DNA of 64,000 nt from Tubiluchus corallicola. Lineage: Eukaryota > Animalia > Priapulida. Position 1 is the first letter of the stretch. Every line of letters begins with the position of its first letter. Under the pieces are notes generated by a model. It made no database searches, was not told the DNA's origin, and worked only from the letters and a program-made list of their open reading frames with translations. Positions 22,275 through 37,400 of this stretch are shown here, in pieces. The stretch is from NCBI GenBank assembly GCA_030141605.1, contig JAQGDQ010000147.1, positions 62,001 through 126,000 on the forward strand, in the 5' to 3' direction. A program made the position numbers and the translations under genes.

Positions 22275-25200
22275 AAATCTTAGCATTTTTAGTTTACATC
22301 AGTAATGTGATGCAGGATCATGTCTTTGCAAAATTTATTTTACTGTTATTGGTCCTATCTGTCTCTAATAAGAACTGTATTTTGAAAAGTGCATGGCTCA
22401 GTGTGCATACTTTGTTAATATTGTACGAATAAGACAAATTACTTCTACTCATTGTTTTCTAATTGTACTTCCTATTATACTATTGTTATTCTCTTTCTGA
22501 ACTAGTTCAGGTTGTTTGTGAAAAAATGGTAATTTTTTTTCGGTATTTTGTGCTAACTTGCGAAAATCAGCAAGTCTCTTTGGGATTTTTTTATTTCTGA
22601 CTTTTGGTATTGGCTCACTTGATATGTTTTTTCACCAGCATGGGTCACAGTTCAAATTGTGTGAATTGTTTTTAAAGCTGCAAAAGAAACCCAAGCAAAA
22701 AAATAGTAGTAATACGTGATATCATAAAATAGTCATTATCGAATATTATTATCGTGTTAGAGTTCTTGATGATTTAAAAGATATGATTTGTTTGATAACC
22801 AGTTGCTTTTATGTTTTTAAATTAATCACTGATAACTATAGTATTTATTTTGATAATTATTTTTTGAAGATAATTTATTTATTTTTTGTGAAAATCTGTG
22901 TCACTGTCTGGTTATGTAGTCATTTATAGTTTTGAAGTTTTGATGATATTTTTTAAATACGTTTACTGTGAAAGTGATTGTAATTGATAGAAAAAGTTGC
23001 AGTAATAGATCATGTGCAGCACCCCAGAAGGAACTTCACTTACTTCTAAGTAAATAAACTTAGTAAGCCAAATCTCATACTGTTGAAAACTGGCAGCATT
23101 TGTCGTTTGCATATTGCAGGTTTTGAAGGTTTAGGTGCTGTAGCTTTCCACCCCTAAAAAATCACCAAAACGTGTTCAGAAATGTTTTGTTCAATGCAAG
23201 GCACTTTGATAGAATTGAAAATGCTGTCACTGCTATATGACATTGTTTTTAAGAGACTTCCAAAGTTGTTTAGAGCAAGAGCCCTAATTTTTTCCATAGG
23301 GATGTATGACACCTTTAGCACATCATTATAATTTGAGTATTCCAGATTACTGATTTGTTCACTATGTGATTCACTCAGTTAGAAGGTCATAAAGACAAAG
23401 TACTAAAAATGGGAAGTTAAGGATCACGAGGAGACACCATCTTACTGACCTTATATTACATTCAAAAGTAGAAGAGAGGAAATTTACGGCAGTTTATCAT
23501 AAAAGAGGTGACGTTACTTGAAATAGACTTAGTTTATGCAATGTTTGATAAACTCGTTTCTTGTGGTGTTGGTACATTATTTCTTGACATGTGTTTTTTT
23601 GTAATTTTATCATTGTAATAAGGCTGTGCCAGCTTGCAACAGTTTTGGACTTGAAACTTGTGCTAATGTGTTGATCAATTTATCTTAGTTGTCTTTAAAC
23701 TTTTGAACTTTTGAATTATGTAGTCTTTGTGCATCACCCAAATTCACGATTTAGCTGAGGTTGAGCGTAGGCCTATACTATGCTTTTACTGCCATTATTA
23801 GTCAGAAATTGCTTATTTGAATTGTTCACTAAAACAGCTATTTTACTTATACTGAGTAGGCGATAGGCAGTTAAAAAGACTCAGACTTTTGAACTTAATT
23901 TTGCATTCAGACTTTTTTGTGTAAAGTATATGTATCTTACCTCATAAATGTAAGAGCTATATTTATATAAGTATGATACACAACTTGAAAATTGTATGTA
24001 TTCTGTAATATAATGTAGAATTATACGTGTACAATTTTTTGTTCCTTTTCACTATTCAGTACGTCTAAGATGTGTAATGTAAGGTGTCTGAATTTACATT
24101 ATATTTCTATGTATTATTCCCACTCAAAAATGAACTAATTTCTATTATTACCATGGAATAGAAAAATCACAAGATATTTCACAGCTAGGCTTTGAATCCT
24201 GGGCTTCCTGCATGCTAGGATTTTTTTGCTGTTTGTAAGACAGTTGTTCCTGCAACAGAAGCCCAGGCTTAAGAAATTTTTTTAAGTATTTTCTTTTTAT
24301 GCTGATCATAGGTCAGCTTTTGTTATTTCATACTGTGCCTATCGATCACTACTGTCTCAGCATGGAAGATTGACATTATTATTTGGCTATACATATACAC
24401 TGATTAGTTAATTAACCAATTACATTCAAGTAATTTCCATGTACATGCGCTGCTAGGTAAAATTGTTCAAATTGTGTGTTTTTACTTGATTTTTACCTAG
24501 CATTGTGACTTCGTCACATAGATGAAAGCATTCTACCTTTAGTAATTTTGTTAAGTCATGTATACTTTGTATTTTTGTTTTACTGGGTGTTAACGAATTC
24601 CATTTTCAGTTAAATTTAGTTACTGAATACTTTTTGAAACTGACATTATAACTAGAAGTTCTGAAAATGTACCGATTAGTAAAAAATAACTAAATATGAA
24701 AATTATTATGGTATAATTAAACATTAATTATACAGTGATTATTGTCAGTAGCAATGGTTCTAATATGTAAAAATATAATTGTAAATAGATGAGAAAGTTA
24801 ATTTTTGTTTATTAATTTTTCTATAATTACTTGATTGTACTCATTTTAAATGCAAGCCTATAAAACAAAGTCATAATGGATATTGTTATACAATCTTACA
24901 ATAAATGTTCCAAAATTTATTTAATGCCGTACTGGTACTATAATTATTATTGCTCGATGATTTTATCATTATACTGTAATAATTATCATGCCGTGAAAAT
25001 GTTCTGATTTATCGGCTAAAGTTTTTAAGACTGTAGGTAAGTTCTGTACCATAACACCATGCGACAGTACTGGCTGCTAGAAATTCTGTAGCTTGAGAAC
25101 AGAATTTTACCTTTAAGACATTTAAAACGCATTACACACGGAATTCCGGATGATAAAGGATTTGTCCGGGAACAGAGCGCCATTTATATTATATATTTAT

Positions 25201-25499
25201 AAACTGTTAATGTAAAGACTTGCGTGGTTTCGGTACGGCAGCCAGTCATAACAAACACTTTGCAAGTGGTACCTGCTGTTGCTTCCACAGACAATGTAGA
25301 GAAACTTGACATAACAGAAAATAAGTCAAAACTTGAAAAAAATCTAGAGGGGGGAAAAGTCAAGGAAGCGATCCAAAAATATGTAAAAAATGAATTATCG
25401 AAGATAATTGGCGAAAAAAAACAAATTACGATTTCTAAGAAATAGTGTGGGGCTGTGGAAAAGACCGATGAAATACTTACATGTGAGATAACAGAGTGG

Positions 25500-26190
25500 A
25501 AACTTAATATGGCTGCAGTAAATGTAAATTACAGAAATAAATTTAAATTAGATACGGCCTGCCTGTCTATTACTCAATAAATCAATCAACTACAACAGTT
25601 TTTCTCATACTTAATGATTTATAACTGTGCCTGCTCCACTTATGTTTTTACTTCCATATTATGCTCTTCTTACTTCATATATGTTCACTTTATTATGATT
25701 ATTTTCCTCGTTGTTTCACAGCTATTATTAAGTTTTTATTATGTTTTGTTTGAGTTTATTACTACATATTTTGTTTCTTTCACTGACTTATTATTTATGT
25801 TTTTTTTGGTTTGACTTTTTTCTAGTTTTTTTTTGTTTTAATCATTAGTTAAATGCTTTACATATTTTGTTAATCATCATTTCATATTTTTCATTTTATT
25901 TCTTTGTTGCACAGCCTACTTAGTTGTTTCGGTTTCATGTTTAGTGTATCCCCCCATAAATTCATGTTAACAGCAGCACCACAAATTTTTTACAATTTTC
26001 ACTAACCTGAGACGGGTAGCTGACTTGATGACCAATTGGTCTTTCGCTACCCTTTCTCCTGCACCCCCTTAACTCTTTCCTTTTATGCTTAATTTATCCT
26101 TTTTAATCAATAACTAAAAAAAATAATTAGTCAATTTGTATACAGGTGTAAATGAGGAGATAAATAAAAATGTCTATGTCTATGTCTATT
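25500..26190 (+). mobile_element. LINE (CR1/L2-like) 3' end with tandem-repeat tail
   Basis: T-rich UTR, a structured segment at about 26005-26065 (a similar segment lies inverted at about 27170-27225), AATAAA, then (ATGTCT)3 at about 26170-26187. Confidence 0.5.
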
Positions 26191-27119
26191 ACAATGAAGA
26201 GAATCGATACAGCCGAGCATCCATTGTGATGCAAAAAAGGTATAGAAATATTGGGAGAAGCTACAATAACCGTAGATTACTTCTATGGTGATCATATTGA
26301 TAAATTGGTTGTATTAAATAAGCGCATATTGAAAGAGATGCAACTAAGAAAGAAAGGAATCGATCTAGAGATACAGTGTATAGATAACAAGAAATAACAA
26401 AAACCTAGGAAGATAAAAACAAGGACTGTAAAAAATTGGGGTTAATAAGAAGAGAAAGGCTTGCACTAAAAGTGCCTACTGAAAACGGCAGGGAGATCGC
26501 CATGTAGCCACTCTGCCTTGTGCCTTGTATTTTGGGTTAAAGTGTACGTAGTTGTAGTTCGATATTATTTTACGATCAGCAAAAGTTCATGAGCTTACAT
26601 GAGTCTTTACTCGAATGCCAACTAACCACCAGCACTGCTTTGGCAAAGGCTTTTTAGAACAATTTCCGTTCCATTTGAAGTGCCTTCTACATATGCTATT
26701 GTGAGCAGGGTTTTTTTAATTTCTTTAGTGCTCATCATCTTAGGTGTTTATGTTATGAATTGTTAACTGTGACTCATAATTTGATACCATATTCTCCCAA
26801 TGATTTGTTGCCACATGCCACTCTCTCTAGTGCTGTGTGTTGTTAGAAGCAGAAATAGCGATCGTACAACGGGAATTATTGCTAATTTACAGAAATTTCC
26901 GCCATTGCTGCTACCATTTGCACTATTTGCTCAAGTGAAAGAGCTAAAATTTAAAGTAAGGTAATTGAGCGTGTATTTATTGTCTCATACTTGTTTCATA
27001 TATGTGTATAGCATGTTCTTATATTTTGTTTGCTTGTTCGCATGAAATTAGACGTTTGGTCAAGTTTATTATTAGTTTATCACCATTTTTTATAATAGGA
27101 AAATACATAATTTATAATG

Positions 27120-28030
27120 TTGTACAATATACAATAATATTACAAAGTGCAAAAGTGATTATTGATTAGACTGGTGAAACGGTGGCGAAAGAACTATGAG
27201 TTATCGAGGTCAGCCACCCCCTCAGAATTGTTACTAACTAATATCTTACCTTTCAAAATCATAGGGACCTAGAGTTAAACTCGGTTACGTCCCTTCTTAA
27301 ACACGATTTAAAACTATTGACAGATGGCGCTTGAATGGCAGTCATTGGTAATTTGTTCCAAGGATAGATGACACAGGAGGCAATTAAGTGTGATAATATT
27401 GGTTTGTGAAAAAGGAACAAATATTTCGAGTGGCATCCACGGAGGGGTCTAGGAGGGCATGAAAAAAGTCATCTTCCTGGAGGATGGATGCTGCATTGAT
27501 AACATTTGATGAGGTCAATGTCTCTCTCCATTGTTTAAGAGTTGATATCATAGAAATGTCAGTGTCTTCAGTAATCTAACACATCGGTTTTATGTTTTTT
27601 TCAAAGATGCTTCGAGAGTGGAGTACTGCTGTAACCAGACTACTGAAGGATACTTAGGAATTGGGTATACTACAAGCTTTGTAAAGTGGGATGATGAACA
27701 GAGGCTTTTCAGGGTGCAATACAACATTTTATTAAGCTAATGCATTGCTTTGTTTGTGAAAACTTGAGATTGTTAATGTGGACATTTCAGTTTAAATCAT
27801 TCGTTATTGTGATGCCAAAATCTTTAAAAGATGATTTATCCTTACTTGCTCCATCTTTAAGATAATACGGAGTTTGACTTGATACGCAAAAGATGGCTCT
27901 TGCTTTTTTTAAGCTTCAAAGCCATTTCTTCACACCATTCAAATTGTTGAGGTCGAATTGTAGCATATACCTATTGCTGCAGTCTCACATCGGACGGCAT
28001 GGCTTTAAATTGTCATCATTTACGTATCAT
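27120..28030 (-). mobile_element. Degenerate CR1/L2 LINE ORF2 C-terminal fragment
   Basis: Minus strand gives WNKLPMTAIQAPSVNSFKSCL near 27300-27360, typical of CR1 ORF2 ends; many stops; approximate boundaries. Confidence 0.55.
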
Positions 28031-28299
28031 TTACTATTGATGCAAATTCTTCCAGATCTGCGATGATTTGTTGTTGTTCATTTACAACACTGCTTATTGG
28101 TTGGCTGGTTTCAGGAAATGTTTACCATATCGGAAAAATTCTTTTCTGTTCTTTATGAGTCTACTGGCAATGTGCTCTTTGCTGACAAGATTGAAGATCT
28201 AACAAGCTGTGATGCTCGTGTGTGTTCAGACCGAACACTAGACAAGTAGGATGTCCCACAAATCTCTACATATAGCATTTCTTTGCTTTGGCTTGTAAA

Positions 28300-28735
28300 A
28301 CTAACTCGTCATGTTAGTGCGGAGGGAGGTTCTGCTATAATCCTTCCAAGGTCTGTTTCTTTGTTATTCGTTTCAAAATCAGTGAGGGCAAAAGTGCTCG
28401 AATCATGATCACTTACTCGAAAAGGCAGACTTGGCTATACACACATTCATTTTTTCAGGGCAGTTTGACATAAATAAATTGAAAAAATTGTCAAGCCTCG
28501 TAGGAAAATTCGCATGTGGAGTCAGCAAGTTGTCACAAAAGAGTCCTAAAAAACACTATAGATGTGGTACAGGGTCGTTCGTTCCCTCAAGACTGGTCTG
28601 ATGCTAATGTTTTTCCTATGCCAAAGAAAGGTCCTAGAGGACTCACTAATTGTCTTCCAGTATTGTCGTTAAAATATTAGAACATTTAATTCAACAGCCA
28701 CTTATGGACTTTTGCATTGAAGAAAATCTTCTTTT
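28300..28735 (+). mobile_element. Degenerate CR1-type reverse transcriptase fragment
   Basis: DWSDANVFPMPKKGPR at about 28591-28638 resembles the W+.ANV.PI.KKG motif upstream of LINE RT domains. Confidence 0.55.
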
Positions 28736-31473
28736 ATTTATTTACTAAATCTTTTATTTTATCCCAAACAGAACTCAATAAATACAACTTATGACCAGTG
28801 GATAGGAAGGGGTGGTGACAAACTTACATTGTTGGAGCAGCCGCCCCACATCGGTTTTTGCATAGTTAAAGGCACCCTGGTGACTAGTTTGATACAAAAA
28901 AGCGGTTTTATTTTTTTATAAACTTGCACGTTTCGGTTTGGTTAGCCTTGAAACACTTCAAATTTAGCACCACACAGACATCTTGCGAAAAATGAAAAAT
29001 CCAGGAAGAAAGCAGAAGTGACATCATATTAGGAACGACATTGCGCATGTGTGGCTCTCGCTATATTTACATGTGGGCAAAATAAAGCGATACGCTGGTA
29101 ATGAAGAGACTGGGGTACTCACATTTTGGTATTTTAGTGTTAACCTCAAATAATAGGTTTGTCCACACTTACTTGAATGCACTATATTTTATAAATGAAA
29201 AAATATTAATAACGAAGTACAACGTGTAAAAGTTTTAGCGTGGCATAACTGGTATTTTGCGCTGGGCTGCTTTCTTGCTCATTTTCTGATCACTTGTCTC
29301 ACTGCCACGTTATTGTAAAAATACTGGCGGATTCTTAGATACGATGAGAGAATGAGAGAATCTGATGATTTTGTTTCCTGGGCTTTACCGACTTTTTGAG
29401 CCTGTGCAGACCAGGTATACTGTCTGACTTAATACGAGATTCAAAAGTAAAAGAAAACGGAAAATTTAGTTACAAAGGTTAATTATTACCTTACTTATTG
29501 TGCATCTAGCCCAAAATAATGGCTAGCAGCGTACTTGGAGCTTGATCGAATTTGCGGGATTACTCGGCACACCTATTGTTCATACAGCCTGCACAGTTTA
29601 AATAATGGTACAGTAACATCATAGTGCTCTGCATACTGTGTTTGTTACCATAAATTGGCTGTTCATTGTAGGTTTGTGAAATAAAAATTGATTCTTATAA
29701 GTTTATTTACTATAAATAGATAAATACTATCGGAAGAAACATTTTTATTAATAGATAAATCATTACTCAGCAATAACCGTTCTGTTCAGCGTTCACAGTG
29801 CTCTGCCTGCTCGGACCACTGGCCGTCTACTGTACTGCGGCTGTTAATTGCCACTTCCTATCGTGACATCACCGCACTGAGTGTCATGGCGGGTGATAAT
29901 ATTTGGGACAGTACCAACGGCACTTAATTTTAGTTACCATATCACATAAAAGCATGCATCAAAACTGTTTTAAAAATTAGGAAATATGTAATTCTGCCTA
30001 TGCTTCAAAAGAAAATAACAAAAAAAGTAGTGTCATAGGACTTTTTTAAAAGTGTAGTTGTATCTACAATTACTTTGTGAAAGTAGTGCCATTACGATAG
30101 CCACTGTTTCGCTTTATGACGACTTCTGAGCATGGTTGATATAGTAAAATGCCAAATGTAGTTGGCACATTAAAAGGGCCTGTTAATGGTGATAAAATTA
30201 TTTGAATTAAGTGGCAGCTAAAGAAACCCAAGTATAAGCACAAATTGCATTAAATTGTGCCAAAGTTCTATATAGCCTTATTAGCACAAATTTGAATTTT
30301 TTTACAATTTTTTGAAGATTCGCGTATAACAAATTTCTGTAGCTAATATCCCACCACTCGCATGTACATGATTAATAAACAACAGTGACAGCTAAGTGAA
30401 TTATGATTCATTAGCAGTGTATCAAATAACAACAGTCACTAACGTATGTTATGATGAAAAAAATTTTTTTCACTTGTCCCCATGTGCATTGCTTAATTTA
30501 ACCCACAGGATATGACCGTGGCTTGTGGTTTTTCACATCCAGCAAATATGTCAGTATCTGAATTCAGATTTTCATTTAAAGTTTTAAACCCACGCTCATT
30601 GTAACTTGGACATTTTAAAAGTTTTTCCATTAAAAATTACCGTTCCGGTTCTGCAAATTCTGACTCAACTAGTTGGATGCGCTTATATGATGGTCGATGC
30701 TGCTTCACTGAAATTTAGTATAACATTAAATGCCAATGCGGAAAATACATTTTTACGGTAGTCTCTAAGTTTGTTGATCTCATTGGGGCAACTGTGTCCT
30801 TCTATTTATATGATGGCTCTCTAGTTTTAGTAGCGATGCTACGTAGCGGCACTACATTGTGGCGCTACTACCCAACACTAGTTTGTAATTTTGGGTACAT
30901 AGTATATAGTCACAATAGAAGTTTAGTGCAGAAACGTTCGAAAATATGATTATTCAGAAAGTGTGTATATGACAAGGTTATAGAAAATAAGCTAGGCATA
31001 CACTAGGCATAGACTAAGTTAGCATTGAACACTGACAATGAAAGAATGGCTTGCTTGAGTTGCTTCTGCACTAACCTAAAGCAACCTCATACTTTAACTG
31101 GTAACTGTTTTAAGTGATATGCAGGACCATAGTATTAAAATAAATGTCGGACCAGGCATGTAACTATATATATGTCAAAACTCAAAAACAATTACTTAAA
31201 ATGCTTAACGTATGACAACCGGAAGACCAAAAGTTCTCTGGTCTTCAATTTTGGTGCATTAGACATCTGAAATAGCTGTTTTGCTGATGCACCTTTCCAA
31301 ATCAAGTGTTCAGTGTTAAACGTGAAAATTATGATGTTGTCGATGAATTTCTTAGATGTATTCTTAATTTGCATGCATGTGAGAACTTATGACACTGGCT
31401 AAAATATGTGTCTCAAGGCTTGGCAAACTTATCTGCTAAAATTAATTTTTTTTTATTAAATCAACAGGAACAT

Positions 31474-34400
31474 ATGAAACCACCAAAGAGAGAACGAGTT
31501 GAGAAGAAGGTAATAGAAGATAATGAGGAAGTTCCTACAAAACACAGAAGAAAACGTCTTCGACGGTGGACTGTTGTTGAGAAAAAGGCAGTACTTGATG
31601 CCATTCAAAGGTATCTTAACTGTTTAGTCTTTCTTCATCATGCATACATACATCACTGTAGACTAGCTGTGCTATCTGATTGAGAGTGTTGTAAATGACC
31701 ATGTAAAATAAATTTTACAAAGGACGGTTCGTAAATGTCATGTTAACTTTATATTTTGCAGCTTAATTGGAAATATGATTCTGAATTTTTAAATTTTATT
31801 ATTCATCTATTAAATGTGTTGATTTTGCAGAACATCATTTAAATTTGCCTTTTAATGCATAGTAACATTATAGATAATACAGTAGGCACCTCTTAATAGA
31901 CTCACGGTTAATAGACTCAATTGCTTAATTGACTCAAAAATGCCTGGAATGGGCCTCTTCTATTCAAATGTACGTAAAAACTATGGGTAACTGACTCAAA
32001 TAACTTTGCTTAATTGACTCTATATTTTCCATCGCGTACCTAAAATAAGATATTTGTATGTGTCCAAAGAACCTTTCCTACTTTTATGTCATCTTTACCT
32101 CCTTTTTGTGCACTATGTATGCAGAAACAATCATATTAAGTACCATTTTGTTTGTAAGCAGGTACGTTTATCATGCGCTAATACGCTAGCATAGCAGTTT
32201 TGCTTTGAATCTGTTGCCCGCTCGCCCACTGTTACCCAAAGAATTTCTGGAAGCTAAACATTTAATCACTTGCCAAGCAGTTTCCTTTTGATACTCTCGT
32301 TGGAAATCACACTTTCGGGCTTAATGAGTTAACAGTCAAATATACAGGTACAGTAATCAGCTGGTATTCCTTGTGACTTACAAGAGTAAACATCATACAG
32401 CAAATAAGGGCAATGTAAGTGAGCAGATGATTGAGAACTGTTTTAGTCAGATTTTCAACGTTTTTATTATTATGAGAACTTTGTTGGCCAACTTCGCGAG
32501 AAAATAAAGCAGCCGACCTTGAAGGAATTTTTGTAATTTTTGCAAATAAACAGACTTAAAAAAGTCGGTGATTTAAAAATGTATACTTTTTAATTTATTG
32601 CTAATTCACTTATATAAATTAATATTTTAAAATATTTTTTCTAATTTTTAACTGCACAAAGGAATTTAGGTATTAGTTCGTTTCTAGAACTCATTAAAAA
32701 CCGTTGCAGTGCATAGTAAGCTGATGACTCATACTTCTCTATACCTGTAATAATGCACCCCTCGGTTACTAGGTTCAATCGGTTAATTGGGTCAAAACAC
32801 ATCGGTCACAAAGTGAGTCTATTAAGCGGCACCTACTGTATCTCAACGGATCAAATGACAATTTATTGTTTGTAAAACTTTGTATTATGTTTTAGGTATG
32901 GCAGTGATGACCTTCGTTCAATAATTCCATGTGTGAAATCTAGAAGTACATCGGAGGTAATTTGTTACGTACTTCGAATACTATGTATTTTATTTATTTA
33001 ATAACGCTGAACAACACTTGCTGCTTTTTGCTAGGATTGTCATGTTTACATATGTAAACAGAGGCATTTCGTTTAGTCACTCTGAATGCTTATTGATTTT
33101 TGTAAACGATAAACTGCTCCCTTCACTTTGTTTTCTTTAACAAGACAATCATCCTGAGAATGTACGCAGACAAACTTACCACTCTCGTTTATTTCTTTTA
33201 ATATGTATTTTTGTTTACTAGTTGTTAATATATTAGTGAGAAGTATGTGAATTTATTTAATCCCAGAATTGAAGGGTTAAACTAGTAAATAACCTACTAG
33301 CTTTGAACATACCAAGTTGCTGATAAACAGCGACAGTCAGTCTACTGAGCCGAAGCTGATGTTTTTGCTCTTCCAAGGCTGTTACAGTATAACTAATCAG
33401 TACTAATAACCTTTTTAACAATCCATCTAAAAGCATGTTATTTCCCTCACATTGCTGTTGAAATATTTGCATAAATGGATTCACAAGTTTACGTAATGCA
33501 TGCACACTAGAACAAGTGGAAAAAAGGATATGCCATAGCTGTGGCTTATCCGACTTTCTTTATTTTGTAAGGTAGACAAATTTCACAACTTTTGACAATT
33601 TTACATTAAAATTCCTTCCCAACCCTTTCTATTTGTATTCCTTCCTAATCTTTCTATTCTATTAAAAAATAAATATTATAGCATAGATTTATGGCTTCAA
33701 ACAAGCGAATACGAACTTGTACTGTATAATATTTAAAACACTGCCAATATTTAGAAATTAATTTACCTGTTAGGTTATCAAAATGTTAGACTGGAATGCA
33801 ATGTCAAAAGGGCAAAGCAAATAGTTTAGTGAATAGTCTAGCAGCAGTGTTTAATTAAGGCACCTAGACATTGTATTCCAAGCTAGATATTACAGATATT
33901 AAAGGCAATATATAGCTTGATAGAAGGTGATTTGTATGAGGAGGCATTTCACATTCCCACATACGAGCACACGTTTGTATAATACTGTAAACTGGCAGAA
34001 ATATAAACTAAATTTATGCAAATAGGGCTTCAAAGCATTGTTTGAGAAGAGATATTTTTGTGAAGCATGATTCTAAACAAATTACGTAGGTAAAGATTAA
34101 TGGAAATGCAAGCTTCATTTCATAATCATTGGTATGCATTGCTGCTTAGTGGGCACCAGTACAGTAAAACACATTGCCAAGTAATCCAATTATTTTAATA
34201 ATACAGTTTGTGATGAGTAGCGTATATAAGCACCTGCGCATTTACCAGCACCTTCGTTACTAGCGTATTTTATGCACCTGGAAATTAGTGCGTCAAAGCC
34301 ATCCGTGCAAATTTCGCAGATATTTCCATCAAGCATTAATTTTATCTGTATACAAATATTTTACAGTGTGGAAACAAAATCGTTTCATTTAGTAGGTGTA

Positions 34401-37400
34401 GCGTAAGCATTTACAAAATTTAATAAACATGACAGCCCTACTTTCGCTGATGTTATCACATGTGAAACTAACTGACACATCTTCTGGAATTTTTTTACAG
34501 GTCGAAAGGTTCATTAGAAATGTAAAGACTCATGCACTCAGAAAATTCAGTGAGTTTAATATAAGCATTTCTCACTTTAAAAGTTTTAACTTCTGTTATC
34601 TGAGATGTACCTTTGGTTATGCGTTGGTCTTTTTGAGTTATTTAAAAGCAAAAATTATTTTCTCTCAGAATAGCTGTAATTTCAGAAGCAACCAGAAAGA
34701 TGACAGAAGCTCCTTCAGCTCCTATTGAGGTGAGTCGAAAGACCGCTGCAAGCTAAGCAGTTTTATATAAGATATTTTTATTTTTAGAAAAATAGCTAAG
34801 TTTTTCTTACGTAAATCGCCCTAAACAATGCTAGTGTCACGTAAAGTAAGGGACTGAACCATTGATAATACCATTTTGCAATAGGTCGTCAGATTTGGAT
34901 TAATGTAGTGGGCTTAAACACCATCCCAGTTATGGATGTACTCATTGTACTGTAATACTTTGGACACATTCGAATAGTCAATTTATAAAGGAGTGCTGTG
35001 TTGTTGTAGTTACACATTAATCGTAGGAATCACAAAACGTTTATGATGATAGTAGGTCGCATAAATTAATAAGCAAGTTGTAGCTTCATTAATTCAGTCA
35101 AATTTTTTCTTATTCGAACATAGTGCTTTGTTTGGGAAATATTTAGGGCACAAAAAGTCGTGTGTTTTCCAGCAGCAAAAGAATTTGAGCTTCTTGGAAA
35201 GTGACAAAACACAAATAAATTTTGCATTTAATTTACTAACTTGCATTTTAATAGGAATGGTTACAACTTTGTGAGGAAATGCAGTCTTGCGAAGTGGATT
35301 ACTGTACGGCCATATCGGAAGTAAAGCTTATTATTTATATTGTCACATTTTTTTGGTTTGCTGTGGCACGCAAATGAATAATAGTAATTAAAATCTGTTT
35401 ATCGTTATCAGTAATTCAAATTGGTGGAAATAGCAGGAAATTTAATCATGTACGCGAAATAAATAATTCTATTTGGTGGATAAATTCAAACGAATAGAAG
35501 ATCGAGTATGTTCCTAGAAAATTGCAGAATTTTGCAGCGTTTTGCTATCAAAATGACATTAAGTTTATTTGTAAGGAAGAAGTACTGAAAACAATATAAA
35601 CCACCTGTGCTTTTTAAAAGGTATTGGCAGAAGCAGCAAAGCAAGTAGCCGAAGTCTCTCAAACAGCAGATGATCCAGTAAGTTGGCCAAAGTTGTACAC
35701 TTACCTGGAAAAACTATGTTCTAATTCTGCTCTGCCAACTGTTACTCCTACAGGTAAAACATTTGGTTTACTTTAAATTTACAGAATACTTGAAATTTAC
35801 AGGTTTTGCTAGGTTCAGTGTTTTTCCATAGCAGCAAAGAGCTACTTAAGTGTTTTATCTCTAAGTGAACTAAGAACATAATTGACCAACTAAAATGCTC
35901 ATAGTAGTCATGTGCACTGATGTGCCTTTGAACTCATTGGCAGCAACTCCACTTCAAGGGATTAGAATCTGCAGTGGTAGCATCCTGAATCGGTACACTC
36001 ACTGTTCGTTTTGCTCTGTTAGTGTAAAACAACAGCATCTGCACTCTGTTGAATCAGCTCAACATAGTATCCGACTAAGATTGTCAAAGTTGGGAAGTTA
36101 GCATTATCTTTTAGTGCACGGGTAGAGAGTAGAGATGCATATTAGTCACTGGCTTACTATAAACATGTTTAAATTTTTTTCACGATTATAAATTCAATGA
36201 ACGTAGTTAACAAGTTTAGTGAGTAATATACAGTCAAACTTAGTTTTAATGTCCCTATTTATAATGCTAACCTCGCTTAATGCCGAAATTTTTGGCAAAA
36301 CAAAAATATGCCTAGACGTGTGTATTAATATGCATTGTTATAATGCTAAACTCAATTATCACTGACTTTTTTGCAGTCCCAAAGTACGTGATGCGAAAAG
36401 GCTTGACGGTATTAATATTGTCATTCCAGAGGCAAAAATCAGTGTTGCTTAAGGGATAAAAACGGGGTAACTCAAGTAGGTTTCAGAAAAATTGCTTTAA
36501 AAAATTACATTATTTCATAACAATTTTATGCGTATATCATACTCATGTTGAGAGGATTTTTTGTTTGTTTTCATTTAAATCTCCCGCAATACCGTTCCGA
36601 CTGTGCCATTACATGATGTCATATACGCACAATATAAATCAGTGGAAGAAAAGGAAATGTTAAACTCTGTCCCAAAAAATTTTCCACGCAAAGTTATATT
36701 ACTTAGCATTTCGCTTACCTACTTGAAAGACTTAAGTAACTAGAAAAGAAAATTATTAATTATTTGAAATGTTTTCACCGATTGGTAAAATGTCGTTGAC
36801 TAACCTCCAGGGTGTACCACTCACTAACCAAAAAAAACGTGTTTTTAATCTTATTTGCAAGATACAGTAATTAAAATTTTACTTAGTTAGTGACATTAGT
36901 GCTGCAAATGCTCTGATTATTTTTCAAACTTTATCTAAACTTGTATCAAATGACTTATCATTAAAATGGCTGCGTCTAACTGTCATCACGGGAGTTTAAA
37001 TTTACATGTTTTATACATCATTGTATAAATGATGACGCAACCGTATGCAAAAAGGCTATATAAGTGGTATAAAATTTCAAGGCAAATTTTTTACGTCTTA
37101 TGTAAGTGGAGGGTTTTCTTGTGCTTGAACATTTTTTGAGTTTTATTCATATTTCCATTGATTAATTTCTTTCTGCTTGCTTGAAACTACCTGTCTTTCT
37201 AATGAGTAGACAGCATTTTCTACCCAGTACTTAGCTAACAGTTTCTCTTATGTTAACATTGAAGCCCTACACAGTTAGTGGTTAAGCATTGCATAATAAA
37301 AGCCAAGCCCCGGGAAGGCCTTGAGACAATTCTGTCTAGATACTGGCTGCTAAAGCAACAGGTTGCAGACAGAATTACTTCGGCATACAGCTTGTGTCCA

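Noticed and set aside
28867-30050. Possible Kolobok-like MITE (TTAAAGGCACC... / ...TCATAGGACTTTTTTAA)
   Set aside because: Terminal inverted match too weak to define by eye.
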